64,000 nucleotides of DNA from a virus, in the IMG/VR virus record IMGVR_UViG_3300027917_000019, positions 64,001-128,000 of that record; one strand, 5' to 3'. Positions 37,705-47,173 of the stretch are shown here, piece by piece; position 1 is the first letter of the stretch, and each line of letters begins with the position of its first letter. Both the position numbers and the translations under genes were made by a program. Under the pieces are notes generated by a model. The model had not been told where the DNA came from, ran no database searches, and saw nothing but the letters and a program-made list of their open reading frames with translations.

Positions 37705-39098
37705 GCAGTCAGTTTTCAGACAGTCGTGAGTACCAAATCAAACTGCTCGCATACATGTTGAATAACCACGATTTCTGCACAATTGCAGGGGACGTGTTGA
37801 AAGATGAGCATTTCTCTGACAAGGCTTTGCAGTGGTTCTTTGAGACTTTGCGGGATGCAAAGGTCAAACTCACGTCTGCATCTCTACAACAGGAGATGGT
37901 GAAGGCTGTCCAGGCAAAGACGATTCGAGAAGATGAAATTGACAAGTATCTTGAGTACTTCAACTTCCTCAAGGTAAAGCCTCTTCCTGTAGAAGAAGAG
38001 CACATCAACAACGAGTTGGGAACCTTCATCAGAACACAGGCTACGAAGTTAGCCCTGCAGGATTCTTGGAACCTCGCTAAGAATGAGCAGTGGGAGGAGA
38101 TTGTCACTAAGCTACAGGATGCAGTAAATCAAGGGCTCGATGTTCTAACTCTCGGAAACTTCTACTTTCAAGACTACCAACAGAGACTTAGCGACCGTTT
38201 GAACGCAGTCAAGGTTGAGAGGCTTCCTACAGGCATTCCAGACTTGGATGACCTCATGTATGGGGGGCTTAGACTCAAGCAGCTTGGTCTTGTGGCAGGA
38301 GGAACAGGTAGAGGTAAGTCTATCTTTTTAGCGTGGCTTGCACAGGTTTCTATCCTTCTTGGGAAGAAAGTTGTGTACTACACGATGGAGCTTAGTACTG
38401 AGGACGTAGCTGAGCGTTTTGACAGTTTGTTTACTAAGGTCAAGATCAACGACTTGAAGACATACAACAACGCAGTATTTAGCTCACTTTCTACAATGTC
38501 TTCAAAGTTCTCAGACCACCTTGTAATCAAAGAGTATCCGCCTGACACTGCAACTGTAGGAACACTCAAGGCACACCTTAGACAGCTCGCAGGTGTTGGG
38601 TTTATTCCCGATTTGGTCATTGTAGACTACTTGGACCTTGTTAAGCCACACAGAACCTACAACTCTTCTCACGAAGAACTAGATGCTATCACCAAGGCGC
38701 TGCGAGGGTTAGCAGTTGAGTACGCCACTAGAGTTTGGACGGCCACTCAGCTCAATCGTGCCGGGATGGCAATGGAAACCCCAGACGAAACAGCTATTGC
38801 GGGGGCCGTGTCGAAGCTTTTCACCGTAGATTTTGCACTTCTGATGGCGCAAACGCAAGAAGAGCGTGAAGATGAGTTGATCAGACTACTCATAGCTAAG
38901 AGTCGTATAGGTCCGGCAGGTAGAACCATCAAATTAGACACAGACTACAGTAGAATGGCTTTCTATAGGCCGCCTCCTATTCCGGCAGCTACAACAGTTG
39001 TTCCTCCTCCAACACCCGTTAAGAAGGATAATGACACAGACGTGTTAGGACAGGTTGATGGAGTTACTGAAGAAGATGGTAAACTAGTACTTGAGTAA
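37701..39098 (+). CDS. dnaB: Replicative DNA helicase (DnaB/gp41-like)
   Basis: LPTGIPDLD, GGTGRGKS, TMEL, VIVDYLDL, TATQLNR, KSR.G. Confidence 0.92.
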   Translation: MSSQFSDSREYQIKLLAYMLNNHDFCTIAGDVLKDEHFSDKALQWFFETLRDAKVKLTSASLQQEMVKAVQAKTIREDEIDKYLEYFNFLKVKPLPVEEEHINNELGTFIRTQATKLALQDSWNLAKNEQWEEIVTKLQDAVNQGLDVLTLGNFYFQDYQQRLSDRLNAVKVERLPTGIPDLDDLMYGGLRLKQLGLVAGGTGRGKSIFLAWLAQVSILLGKKVVYYTMELSTEDVAERFDSLFTKVKINDLKTYNNAVFSSLSTMSSKFSDHLVIKEYPPDTATVGTLKAHLRQLAGVGFIPDLVIVDYLDLVKPHRTYNSSHEELDAITKALRGLAVEYATRVWTATQLNRAGMAMETPDETAIAGAVSKLFTVDFALLMAQTQEEREDELIRLLIAKSRIGPAGRTIKLDTDYSRMAFYRPPPIPAATTVVPPPTPVKKDNDTDVLGQVDGVTEEDGKLVLE

Positions 39099-39101
39099 AC
39101 A

Positions 39102-39524
39102 ATGACCAAACAGGCAGGGCCTCCCTTTTTCGCTAAGATGAAGTCTCTTACGGCCGGTACGTGCAGCTTCTGCGGTAAGCCTAAAACAGCCGTAATCTGC
39201 GCTCACTTTACAGGGAAGTCCATCTGCTGGGAATGTATCTATGTTGCAAAAGTGACCTTGGGAGAGATTCCTACTACTGCGATTAGTTGTTATTCGTGTG
39301 GGTCACATGCTGGGTTTACTCTTCAATATCCGCTGGTTCAAGTAGACTGGATCTTTAGTGGTGTAGATGCACAAAAAGAGATCATCTACACAATCAAGAA
39401 CACAACTAACATGTTTCAAAGCCACTACAGACCTACTAAGGCTGTATGCTCTAAGTGTCGCGCCCCTATTCCTTTGGACATCTTGAAGTACAACAAATAT
39501 GTCAAACAAGCACATAATGCGTAA
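39102..39524 (+). CDS. ClpX C4-type zinc-finger protein with a second Zn ribbon
   Basis: CSFCGK..(x15)..ICWECI, plus CYSC and CSKC. Confidence 0.65.
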   Translation: MTKQAGPPFFAKMKSLTAGTCSFCGKPKTAVICAHFTGKSICWECIYVAKVTLGEIPTTAISCYSCGSHAGFTLQYPLVQVDWIFSGVDAQKEIIYTIKNTTNMFQSHYRPTKAVCSKCRAPIPLDILKYNKYVKQAHNA

Positions 39525-40602
39525 CGTTCAAGAAGACTTTGATTGGGAAAGTTATCTTGAAGACAACTATTCTGTGCGAAGAGTTTCTGGCAAGAATGGC
39601 TTAGAGATTCGAATATGCTGTCCAGCCTGTGGAGAAACAAAGTATAAGTGCTATGTCAATCCTTCAAGAAACGCCTTCTATTGCTTCAAATGTGACTTTA
39701 GAACCGGTAGCCGATACAACCTTTTGGATTTCGTTGCCATCACAGAGAACATCACAAAAGGACAGGCCCTTTTACGTCTCGTGCGTGAGTATAAACCGGT
39801 TGCCCCTGAAGAACCTTCGTTTACTTTCGGAGACCCCACACATAACAGTGCCGTTTTTTTGGATGCAAATACGCCCCACTTTCCAGAAATGAAGCACATC
39901 TCTGGGCTACCAGAGGAAGCTGTCAAGTTAGAGGTTGAAGAGGGTAACAAATATTGGGAATACGTTAAGAGCCGTGGATTCACAGAAGAACATCTCAGAG
40001 CAACAAACCTTCACTATATTCCCGACCGTAGAGTTCCCTTCTACGACTCTGAAGGAAAGTTTCGCGGTAACCTCGGTAACCGCATCGTCATTCCAATCTA
40101 CGGACAAGACGGCGCGTTGGTTTCCTGGTTGGCTCGAACAATCTCTTCCGGAGAGTCACATAAGTACCTCAACGCCCCTGGATCTGACCTTTCAAAGACA
40201 GTATGGCCCTTTTCTCTACCTTACCCCGGAGCGCCAGTAGTTTTGGTTGAGGGCGTCATAGACGCTTTGGGAGTGCGTCAAGTTCCTGATACGGCTGCAT
40301 ACGCCACGTTTGGGAAACGCATTAGCAAGGAACAGATACAACTTCTTAAGTGTTGGGGCGTCCAGGAGGTTGTCTTGTGGTATGACAAAAAGGATGCCCA
40401 CAAAGAAATGATCTCTGAGGTAGAGAGGCTCAAGATGCACTTCAGGGAAGTGTATGTTCTTGACCTCTCGAATTGGCCAAAGGATAAGGATCCTGGAAGC
40501 TTCTTGAGTGATACGCAAGGAACTGCTATGATAAAGGACACGCTTGAAAAGCGTATCAGTGTGTATTCCTTGGAGTATGAGCAATGGAAGATGGCCTTCT
40601 AA
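39517..40602 (+). CDS. dnaG: DNA primase (Zn finger + Toprim)
   Basis: CPAC/CFKC zinc finger, RIVIPI..AR..KYLNAP, VLVEGVIDAL. Confidence 0.9.
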   Translation: MRNVQEDFDWESYLEDNYSVRRVSGKNGLEIRICCPACGETKYKCYVNPSRNAFYCFKCDFRTGSRYNLLDFVAITENITKGQALLRLVREYKPVAPEEPSFTFGDPTHNSAVFLDANTPHFPEMKHISGLPEEAVKLEVEEGNKYWEYVKSRGFTEEHLRATNLHYIPDRRVPFYDSEGKFRGNLGNRIVIPIYGQDGALVSWLARTISSGESHKYLNAPGSDLSKTVWPFSLPYPGAPVVLVEGVIDALGVRQVPDTAAYATFGKRISKEQIQLLKCWGVQEVVLWYDKKDAHKEMISEVERLKMHFREVYVLDLSNWPKDKDPGSFLSDTQGTAMIKDTLEKRISVYSLEYEQWKMAF

Positions 40603-41015
40603 GGCAGATAGTCGTAGTGACTAGTCCAACTCTTTTGCCATCAGGAGCCGACCACGCAACTACAGTTGCTGCTTTGTGTAGAGATAACCAACTAGTATTG
40701 CTTCTACACTTTGGAGATGAGCGTTATAACTTTCCAGAAAATCACTGCCTACCCTACAACGCGCGAGTAGTTCATTACGACTATGAAACGCTTGACGAGT
40801 CCCTAGCAGAGCTAGAGAGTTACTTGTCTGGATTTGGTGTAGGAATGATTTCCAGACACAAAATGAACGGTACGCACTTGCCATTCGTGTTGGGGGGATC
40901 TATCTTGCAGGTGCCTAGGGGAGTTCAGCTCTCCTTCCTTGATAGTCGGTCAGAATTGCCTGAATTGGAAAAAACAACCGTCAGTATTCCTGACGCGGAG
41001 TGGGACTTTGACTGA
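40584..41015 (+). CDS. Hypothetical protein
   Basis: Coupled ORF; GGAG upstream. Confidence 0.6.
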   Translation: MEDGLLRQIVVVTSPTLLPSGADHATTVAALCRDNQLVLLLHFGDERYNFPENHCLPYNARVVHYDYETLDESLAELESYLSGFGVGMISRHKMNGTHLPFVLGGSILQVPRGVQLSFLDSRSELPELEKTTVSIPDAEWDFD

Positions 41016-41460
41016 ATCTCTTAAAATTCCTCTAGTTACTGCACCAATCAAAGTTGGGACCCGCGTAGGGTTGTTTGCTTCTTACCTAGAAGAAGAAGGA
41101 CAGCGAGTGTTTCGCTTCTATGGCTGGGGTACGTATGAGGGAGATTTCCTGTTCGGTGATGAGGAGCCGGGGGTTCCGTATCAGACGGCGCAAGAGAAGG
41201 CTGATTTGTTTGACGCTCGCGGTGTAATCACGGCTCCCCGCCTGCGTCTAGACGACGGCACCCTGACTTGGGGGCTTCTTGTTTGGTGGGACGAAGAATC
41301 TCGTATAAACACCTATATTGAACAAGCCGACTCGGTGATTCAGGTGGATTTGAAATCTGCCATGGCCGGTTTCAAAGCTAATGTAACTCAATGCAAAGAA
41401 TTCGTGCATCTTCTTAAATGGGTCAACACATATAACACTGAAAAATCACCAGGAAACTAA
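41008..41460 (+). CDS. Hypothetical phage protein
   Basis: TTG 41008 with 8-nt overlap. Motif VGTRVG..FYGWGTYEGD..PRLRLDDG..WG..WW. Confidence 0.6.
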   Translation: MTESLKIPLVTAPIKVGTRVGLFASYLEEEGQRVFRFYGWGTYEGDFLFGDEEPGVPYQTAQEKADLFDARGVITAPRLRLDDGTLTWGLLVWWDEESRINTYIEQADSVIQVDLKSAMAGFKANVTQCKEFVHLLKWVNTYNTEKSPGN

Positions 41461-42545
41461 TGCCCACTGACGCCAAACACCAAGACCTTATTAGCTCTCA
41501 GGTTTCGAAGATTGCACACGCGGCGGATCGTGTGACCAAGAGTTTTTCACTGTCCCAGACTTTCAACGTTCAGTTGGGCCCTGTGATGAAGAAGGGTTCT
41601 CCAGTAACTGATGACAACGGACAGGTTAAGTACAAGGATAAGCAAATTATTGGATTCAAAGACCCAGGTCCTTTGACTCCTACAATTAACCCGCACTACA
41701 AGTTTCCTAAGCAAGATCTCATCATGTTCTTGATGGCTATGTCCAACAAGGACTCGATTTACCTGCAAGGCCATTCCGGTACTGGTAAGACTGCAATGGT
41801 AAATCAGATCGCCGCTAGGTTGAACTACAACGTGGTTCAGGTGAACTTTGACGGGCACCTACTTCGTGGAGATCTCGTTGGCGATATCAAGATCGTCAAT
41901 GGTGCTACGAAGTTTAGGTATGGACTAGTACCGCTAGGGTTCACGCTCCCGGGGACCATCCTACTTTTCGATGAGGTAGATGCTGTGGCGCCTGAGACTG
42001 CGTTTGTTCTTCAACGGGCGATCTCAGATGATCGTAAGATGCTTCTACACGAGACAAACGAGATTTTTGAACTACACCCGCAGAATTGCATCGTAGCTAC
42101 CGCAAACACTTCTGGGATGGGAGATGACTCCAGTCTGTATGTAGCTGGTACAAACGTGCAGAACTTCTCGTTCCAAAACCGTTGGGACACCGTCATGCAG
42201 ATCGATTACTTGTCCCCTGAAGATGAGGAAGATGTTCTCAAGAAGTTGTTCCCGAAGGCAGACGGGAGTATCATCAAAAGTGTTGTGGCTGTGATGGCAA
42301 GTGCCCGAGAAAGTTTCAGGGGTGGAAAGCTCTCTGCCCCACTAACCACTCGTGACAGCATTCGCTGGCTTCAGAAGCTTAGTATGTGGCCTCTACCTAT
42401 GATGGCTGCGGAATATACCTTCCTCAACCGCATGACTACTGAAGACGCTATGGCTGTTGCTGGCGTCATTCAGCGTATTTTCAGGCTTCCTAAAAAGGAC
42501 TCTACCAAGTTCATTTCTAGTTCCACATCAACTAAGAGGTTGTAA
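41460..42545 (+). CDS. cobS: CobS-like MoxR AAA+ ATPase
   Basis: P.INPHYKF, GHSGTGKT, LLFDEVD, ATANT.G.GD, RW, R sensor. Confidence 0.88.
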   Translation: MPTDAKHQDLISSQVSKIAHAADRVTKSFSLSQTFNVQLGPVMKKGSPVTDDNGQVKYKDKQIIGFKDPGPLTPTINPHYKFPKQDLIMFLMAMSNKDSIYLQGHSGTGKTAMVNQIAARLNYNVVQVNFDGHLLRGDLVGDIKIVNGATKFRYGLVPLGFTLPGTILLFDEVDAVAPETAFVLQRAISDDRKMLLHETNEIFELHPQNCIVATANTSGMGDDSSLYVAGTNVQNFSFQNRWDTVMQIDYLSPEDEEDVLKKLFPKADGSIIKSVVAVMASARESFRGGKLSAPLTTRDSIRWLQKLSMWPLPMMAAEYTFLNRMTTEDAMAVAGVIQRIFRLPKKDSTKFISSSTSTKRL

Positions 42546-42820
42546 TGGACAAGGACACTCTACTTAGTGTGTTTTTTATTATCGGCATTCTGGCGGGAAC
42601 AATCGGACTGTTGATAGGAACAATACGGTGTGCAACTGCGGATAAAGATTCCCACAAGCAAGCTCAGTGCAGTACGTTATGTTCCGCAGCGGGTGGACAA
42701 TTGGAAAGCACTGATGAGTATGCGTGGCGCCATCAGTACTGTTTCTGTCAACTTCCTGACCGTAAGGTGATAATCAACCGAGGAAACGGTGTGGTTATTC
42801 GAATCACGAGGGAACACTAA
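42545..42820 (+). CDS. Small membrane-anchored Cys-rich protein
   Basis: N-terminal TM helix, CxxxC and CxC. Confidence 0.6.
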   Translation: MDKDTLLSVFFIIGILAGTIGLLIGTIRCATADKDSHKQAQCSTLCSAAGGQLESTDEYAWRHQYCFCQLPDRKVIINRGNGVVIRITREH

Positions 42821-42821
42821 C

Positions 42822-42899
42822 GTGGTTGAAATCCTATCGTTTGCTGTGATCCTTCCCTGTGTGCTCATTATCCTCGTTTTGATTTTCTGGGGGGACTAG
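42822..42899 (+). CDS. 25-aa hydrophobic micro-protein (not in ORF track)
   Basis: MVEILSFAVILPCVLIILVLIFWGD*. GAGGG RBS; its TAG overlaps the GTG of the next gene. Confidence 0.55.
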   Translation: MVEILSFAVILPCVLIILVLIFWGD

Positions 42900-44692
42900 T
42901 GGCTCGTCGTGTCACCGAAAGCGTCCTTGAACGTACTGCGAAGCTATTGACGGCTAAGCATAATATCAAGGTACAGTTTAAGCCTGGTGTTGCAGAAACT
43001 AAGGGCAACGTGATCACGTTGCCCACACTGCCTGATAATGCTGACCAGGAATTGATTGACGCGATGCAGGGATACTTGGACCAGCAGGCAGGAAACATTT
43101 TGTTCTCAGACAGGAGCGTTAGTAATTCTCTGAAGAATAAAGCCACACGTAGCAAGAAAGCTGCACAACTGAAAGAGATATTTCAGGTTGTTGAAAACGC
43201 TCGTGTTGAATCTTGCATGGAGAATATCTACCCTGGTTGTGAGGTGAACTTCACCAACGCTCACTGGTGGTTTTACAGCCATCTTCGTGAGAATTGGGAC
43301 AAGTCTGTCATGGGTAAGGAAGTAGTCTCTAAGTTTTCGAAGATTCTTGCTGCCAGTTTTCTTGAGCTTCGCCACAGGAATACAGACTTTTACGAAAACT
43401 TCATCAGTAAAGAGGTTCGCGAGAAGGCTGATAAGGTTGTTGAAACAGTAGTTAAGAATGCTCCTAAGGATACACAAGACTCTCTAAAGCTTGCTGAGGA
43501 GATTCTTAAGCTTCTTGAGGAAGAGGCCGAGGAGGACGAGAAGAACCGTCCAGATGACGGGGGTGCCGCAGACGCAGAGGGCACCGAGCAATCTCCGATG
43601 GCTATGCCTTCTCAGGGGACTAAACAACAATCTGAGAATAAGGGCCAAGAAAGGGCGAAGAGTGCTGGGGATCTGTCTAAGGCTTTGGCTCAGGCGGCCC
43701 AGCAAGAGATTTCTGAGCGAGGAGACCCAAACAAGACTGGTTCCTCATATTGGAGTAGGGATCGCTCCTATGAACACGGGTTGGACGATAAGATTGGGTA
43801 TTCAATTTTCGATACTTCTCAAGATTCTATCGAAACTCTCCCGGAGCGTACTACTCCTACCCATGGGGATTACCTCAACTCTTTGAGGAACGAAAGTCGC
43901 CAATTTACCTCTATCATGCGCTTCAAGCTCATAAACACCCTCAGGGCGTCCTCTAAGCGCCGCTGGGTCGGGGGCAAGCCGGAGGGACGTCTAGATGCTA
44001 GGCAGGCTCATAAGGCTATCCTGGGCGTCTCACAGGACGTTTACAAGACGCGCCAGAAAAAGGTTCATCTCGACACTGCTGTAGCTCTCGCCATCGATCA
44101 TTCGGGAAGTATGAGTGGTCGTGCGCTAGAGCTAGCCGCTGAGAGTGCAATTGTTCTAGGGGATGTATTTGATCCTCTGAAGATTCCGTTCATGGTGTAT
44201 GGGTATAGTACTCGTGGGACGCCCAGGACATACCCTGAGTATGATGAACAGCAATTATATTCTCGCTGGTCAAACTTGTGGATTCGTTACTACAAAACTT
44301 TCAACGAATCTTGGAATAAAGGAGCGCTGAAGCTCACGCACGCACGAGACAATTGTCAAGCTAATACGCTCGATGGAGAATCTGTGCTACATGGAATTCA
44401 GCACTTGCTTGCGCGCCCAGAAAAGCGTAAGATACTATTGGTGATGAATGATGGGCATCCTTACCCGGGACATGGACATACGGGACGTTGCCAAGGGTAT
44501 TTGAAGTCTATCGTCGCCGCAGGCACACAGGCTGGTGTGGAAATTATTGCCTTTGGCATCCAATCTGCTGACGTAAAAGAGTACTATCCAAATCATGTGG
44601 TGATTAACGATTTGGAAGACTTGGTGAAAGAGCCTTTGAGAAAGATTGATGGAATTCTTCGTCAAGGAATGCTAAAGGCAATGAGGGGTTGA
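42899..44692 (+). CDS. cobT: CobT-like vWA protein
   Basis: Acidic linker, GRLD, vWA MIDAS DHSGSMS, TLDGE, KILLVMNDG. Confidence 0.85.
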   Translation: MARRVTESVLERTAKLLTAKHNIKVQFKPGVAETKGNVITLPTLPDNADQELIDAMQGYLDQQAGNILFSDRSVSNSLKNKATRSKKAAQLKEIFQVVENARVESCMENIYPGCEVNFTNAHWWFYSHLRENWDKSVMGKEVVSKFSKILAASFLELRHRNTDFYENFISKEVREKADKVVETVVKNAPKDTQDSLKLAEEILKLLEEEAEEDEKNRPDDGGAADAEGTEQSPMAMPSQGTKQQSENKGQERAKSAGDLSKALAQAAQQEISERGDPNKTGSSYWSRDRSYEHGLDDKIGYSIFDTSQDSIETLPERTTPTHGDYLNSLRNESRQFTSIMRFKLINTLRASSKRRWVGGKPEGRLDARQAHKAILGVSQDVYKTRQKKVHLDTAVALAIDHSGSMSGRALELAAESAIVLGDVFDPLKIPFMVYGYSTRGTPRTYPEYDEQQLYSRWSNLWIRYYKTFNESWNKGALKLTHARDNCQANTLDGESVLHGIQHLLARPEKRKILLVMNDGHPYPGHGHTGRCQGYLKSIVAAGTQAGVEIIAFGIQSADVKEYYPNHVVINDLEDLVKEPLRKIDGILRQGMLKAMRG

Positions 44693-44693
44693 A

Positions 44694-45092
44694 ATGGCAG
44701 CGTGTAGATATTGTGGTTATAAGGTTCGCCAGTGTGTTTGTGCAAACACCACGTCAGATGGACTTAGTTTTACAACATATGCTGAAGAGGCTGGGGCTAC
44801 AGCACTTTATCCAAATCGCGGAGATAACATCGTCTATCCCACACTTGGAATTGCTGGAGAAGCTGGTGAAGTAGCAGAGAAAGTAAAGAAACTCATCCGA
44901 GATAAGGGTGGAGTTGTCGATGATGAATTCAGGGAAGCTATCAAGAAGGAATTGGGTGACGTGCTGTGGTACCTAACAGCAGCTTCCTATGAACTAGGGT
45001 TTACGCTTGAAGATGTGGCTAAAGCTAACCTAGACAAGTTGTATTCTCGCCGCGCTCGCGGAAAGATTCATGGCGAGGGTGATGATCGCTGA
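44694..45092 (+). CDS. mazG: MazG-like nucleotide pyrophosphohydrolase with an N-terminal Cys motif
   Basis: LGIAGEAGEVAEKVKK, KELGDVLWY, NLDKL.SR..RG.I.G.GD.R. Confidence 0.9.
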   Translation: MAACRYCGYKVRQCVCANTTSDGLSFTTYAEEAGATALYPNRGDNIVYPTLGIAGEAGEVAEKVKKLIRDKGGVVDDEFREAIKKELGDVLWYLTAASYELGFTLEDVAKANLDKLYSRRARGKIHGEGDDR

Positions 45093-45105
45093 TTGAGGGG
45101 TAAAT

Positions 45106-46419
45106 ATGGGGCGTTTGCTTTGTTTGGTTGTTGTATTGTTGGCTAGTTGCGCAAGACCAGAGCGCCATCCACCAGACCTTAGAGCAGACGCTGGTTATGC
45201 TGCCCTTGTTTGTGACGAGACTACAGACCTCCTAACAGATATCAATCATTGTGGGGCCTGTGAAGCTGCTTGTCCTACAGCAGATGCTGATCAGTGCGTT
45301 GATGGGGTGTGTATGTGTGGTTCTCACGAGACATGCATACCTGGGTATGACTGTCGCAATGGCAACTGCGTACCGCGCGATACTTCAGGAAGATTTTGTG
45401 AGTTTGACAGCACTTGTGGTGCAGGATTTGCGTGCATTGAAGGACATTGCTCTCGTTTGGAGTGTGTACCTGAAATCTGCGATGGGTATGACAACGATTG
45501 TGACGGCATCGTAGACAACTCAGGAGCTACACCCCTGTCTGGTTGGTGTTCTGGGACAGAGGTGGCAGTCCCCGGTTCTGTTATGGCGCCGTGCACTGTT
45601 GGGATCCGTCTTTGTGTTGAGGGGGCTTGGGGAGAGTGTCTAGGAGATGTTCCTCCCGTTCCTGAAGTAGGTTTGTTGGCTTGTGATGGCGCCGATAACG
45701 ACTGTGACGGGTGTGTTGACGGAGTGATTGAGTCAGGGGTTTGTGTATCTCAAGAACCTGTCGGTATTGACGTCTTGTTTCTCATCGACACTTCTGGGTC
45801 TATGACTAACAAGATTCATATCGTAAAACAGGCAACCAATCTATTTAGCACCCGCCTTTCAACTAGCTCTAACATCCACTATGGGATTGAGACGGTTCCA
45901 GGACCAGTAGATGGAACTCCAGCGCTGTATCAAGACCTAACTGATTTCGCTACATTTAAGGCTGCGCTGCAAACACTTCCACACGGTGGTAGTGGGTCAG
46001 AGCCGCAGTGGGATGCTGTAGTTGAAGCTCTTGACGGAACACTGTCTGTTTCGTGGACTTCTGGGGCTGCAAAGATCATCATCCTGTTCACAGACGAGGG
46101 AGGACAGACAACACGTGCCCGCCGCACATCTCCAGTGCTTCCGCCTGTCTATGAGGCAGAGATGTGTGCGGCTGTAGTAGCCGCTGGAGTAGCGTTTATT
46201 CCTGTAGTAACTGCTCCATATGCAGGAGATTTCGACGACTGTGCCTACCGCAGTGTAACGCTACCTTCTTTTGGTTTGTATGCAGGAACGGGGACTGCGT
46301 GCACGGAAGACGCAGACTGTGATGGCAGCGATACGTGTGAGGCCGCTGTTTGTGTCTCTGCAGCCGTAATAGAAATGGTCAACAATCTGGAAGTTGTTAT
46401 TGCAAATCCTTGTGGGTAG
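45106..46419 (+). CDS. Cys-rich vWA-domain lipoprotein (myxobacterial type)
   Basis: Lipobox LLAS-C15, TDINHCGAC..C, EICDGYDNDCDGIVD and CDGADNDCDGCVD repeats, vWA DVLFLIDTSGSM..GSGSE..LFTDE. Confidence 0.8.
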   Translation: MGRLLCLVVVLLASCARPERHPPDLRADAGYAALVCDETTDLLTDINHCGACEAACPTADADQCVDGVCMCGSHETCIPGYDCRNGNCVPRDTSGRFCEFDSTCGAGFACIEGHCSRLECVPEICDGYDNDCDGIVDNSGATPLSGWCSGTEVAVPGSVMAPCTVGIRLCVEGAWGECLGDVPPVPEVGLLACDGADNDCDGCVDGVIESGVCVSQEPVGIDVLFLIDTSGSMTNKIHIVKQATNLFSTRLSTSSNIHYGIETVPGPVDGTPALYQDLTDFATFKAALQTLPHGGSGSEPQWDAVVEALDGTLSVSWTSGAAKIIILFTDEGGQTTRARRTSPVLPPVYEAEMCAAVVAAGVAFIPVVTAPYAGDFDDCAYRSVTLPSFGLYAGTGTACTEDADCDGSDTCEAAVCVSAAVIEMVNNLEVVIANPCG

Positions 46420-46421
46420 TT

Positions 46422-46862
46422 ATGGCTGATAGTGAACTTAAGTATTTGCGTCCGGGGCATGTAAACCTGGACAGACCTTGTGACAAAATCGCCCTGCACG
46501 CCGCTAAGTGCCTACCCGGGACTGGGGAAATGCCTTCGCACTGGCAGTGGGAGTCACAGGAGTCGTTTCTAGAACGCTATTCTGACTTGGGTCCCTTGGT
46601 GTGGGCCAAGACTGCGTCCTATCACATGCTCTTGATAAACGGTAGACACGCATTCAGAATCTGGACAGACTCCCCCAAGACAGCTTTAACTGATGTTTGT
46701 AACGAACTTGCAGCTGATTTAGTGGGTGTTTTCGACATTCTTGACGTTCCAACATCTACTCAACGAAAAACCAAACCAATGACAAAACGCATACGTTTGA
46801 CGTCAACTAGAGACGTAGAGATTCTGCTACTACAGACAATTCTCACATTTGGACTCGTATAA
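46422..46862 (+). CDS. Hypothetical protein
   Basis: ATG 46422 just after the previous stop, TAATG-coupled to the next gene. Confidence 0.6.
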   Translation: MADSELKYLRPGHVNLDRPCDKIALHAAKCLPGTGEMPSHWQWESQESFLERYSDLGPLVWAKTASYHMLLINGRHAFRIWTDSPKTALTDVCNELAADLVGVFDILDVPTSTQRKTKPMTKRIRLTSTRDVEILLLQTILTFGLV

Positions 46863-47173
46863 TGCCGTATATTGTAAACACCTTCCAGTGCTGCTCGTGT
46901 GGTCACGAGTTTGAAGAGATGTGGATGAAGAAACATGGGGACGATAGCGAGAAGCCGTGGGAAGGTATTGTGGCGTGTCCTGATTGTGAGGGGGAAGATT
47001 TGAAGAGACTCATCTCTGCTACAGGTATAGCTACGTTCAGTATAATGGACCGTGCAGCGCAGATGGAGTCTTTGAAGAAGCGCTCATCAGATCATACTAA
47101 GAAGCTAATGAAAACTGAGAGAGATAGAATTCAAAAGCAGCTAGATCAGAAGCCTAAGGGTGTAGGCGGATGA
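46862..47173 (+). CDS. FmdB-family zinc-ribbon protein
   Basis: MP.....F.C.SCGHEFE...CPDC....KRLIS. Confidence 0.8.
   Translation: MPYIVNTFQCCSCGHEFEEMWMKKHGDDSEKPWEGIVACPDCEGEDLKRLISATGIATFSIMDRAAQMESLKKRSSDHTKKLMKTERDRIQKQLDQKPKGVGG

Noticed and set aside
41460-44692. Cobalamin biosynthesis (cobaltochelatase) as an auxiliary metabolic function
   Set aside because: No cobN or other cob genes are in the window. Phage CobS/CobT-like pairs are better read as generic MoxR-vWA chaperones.
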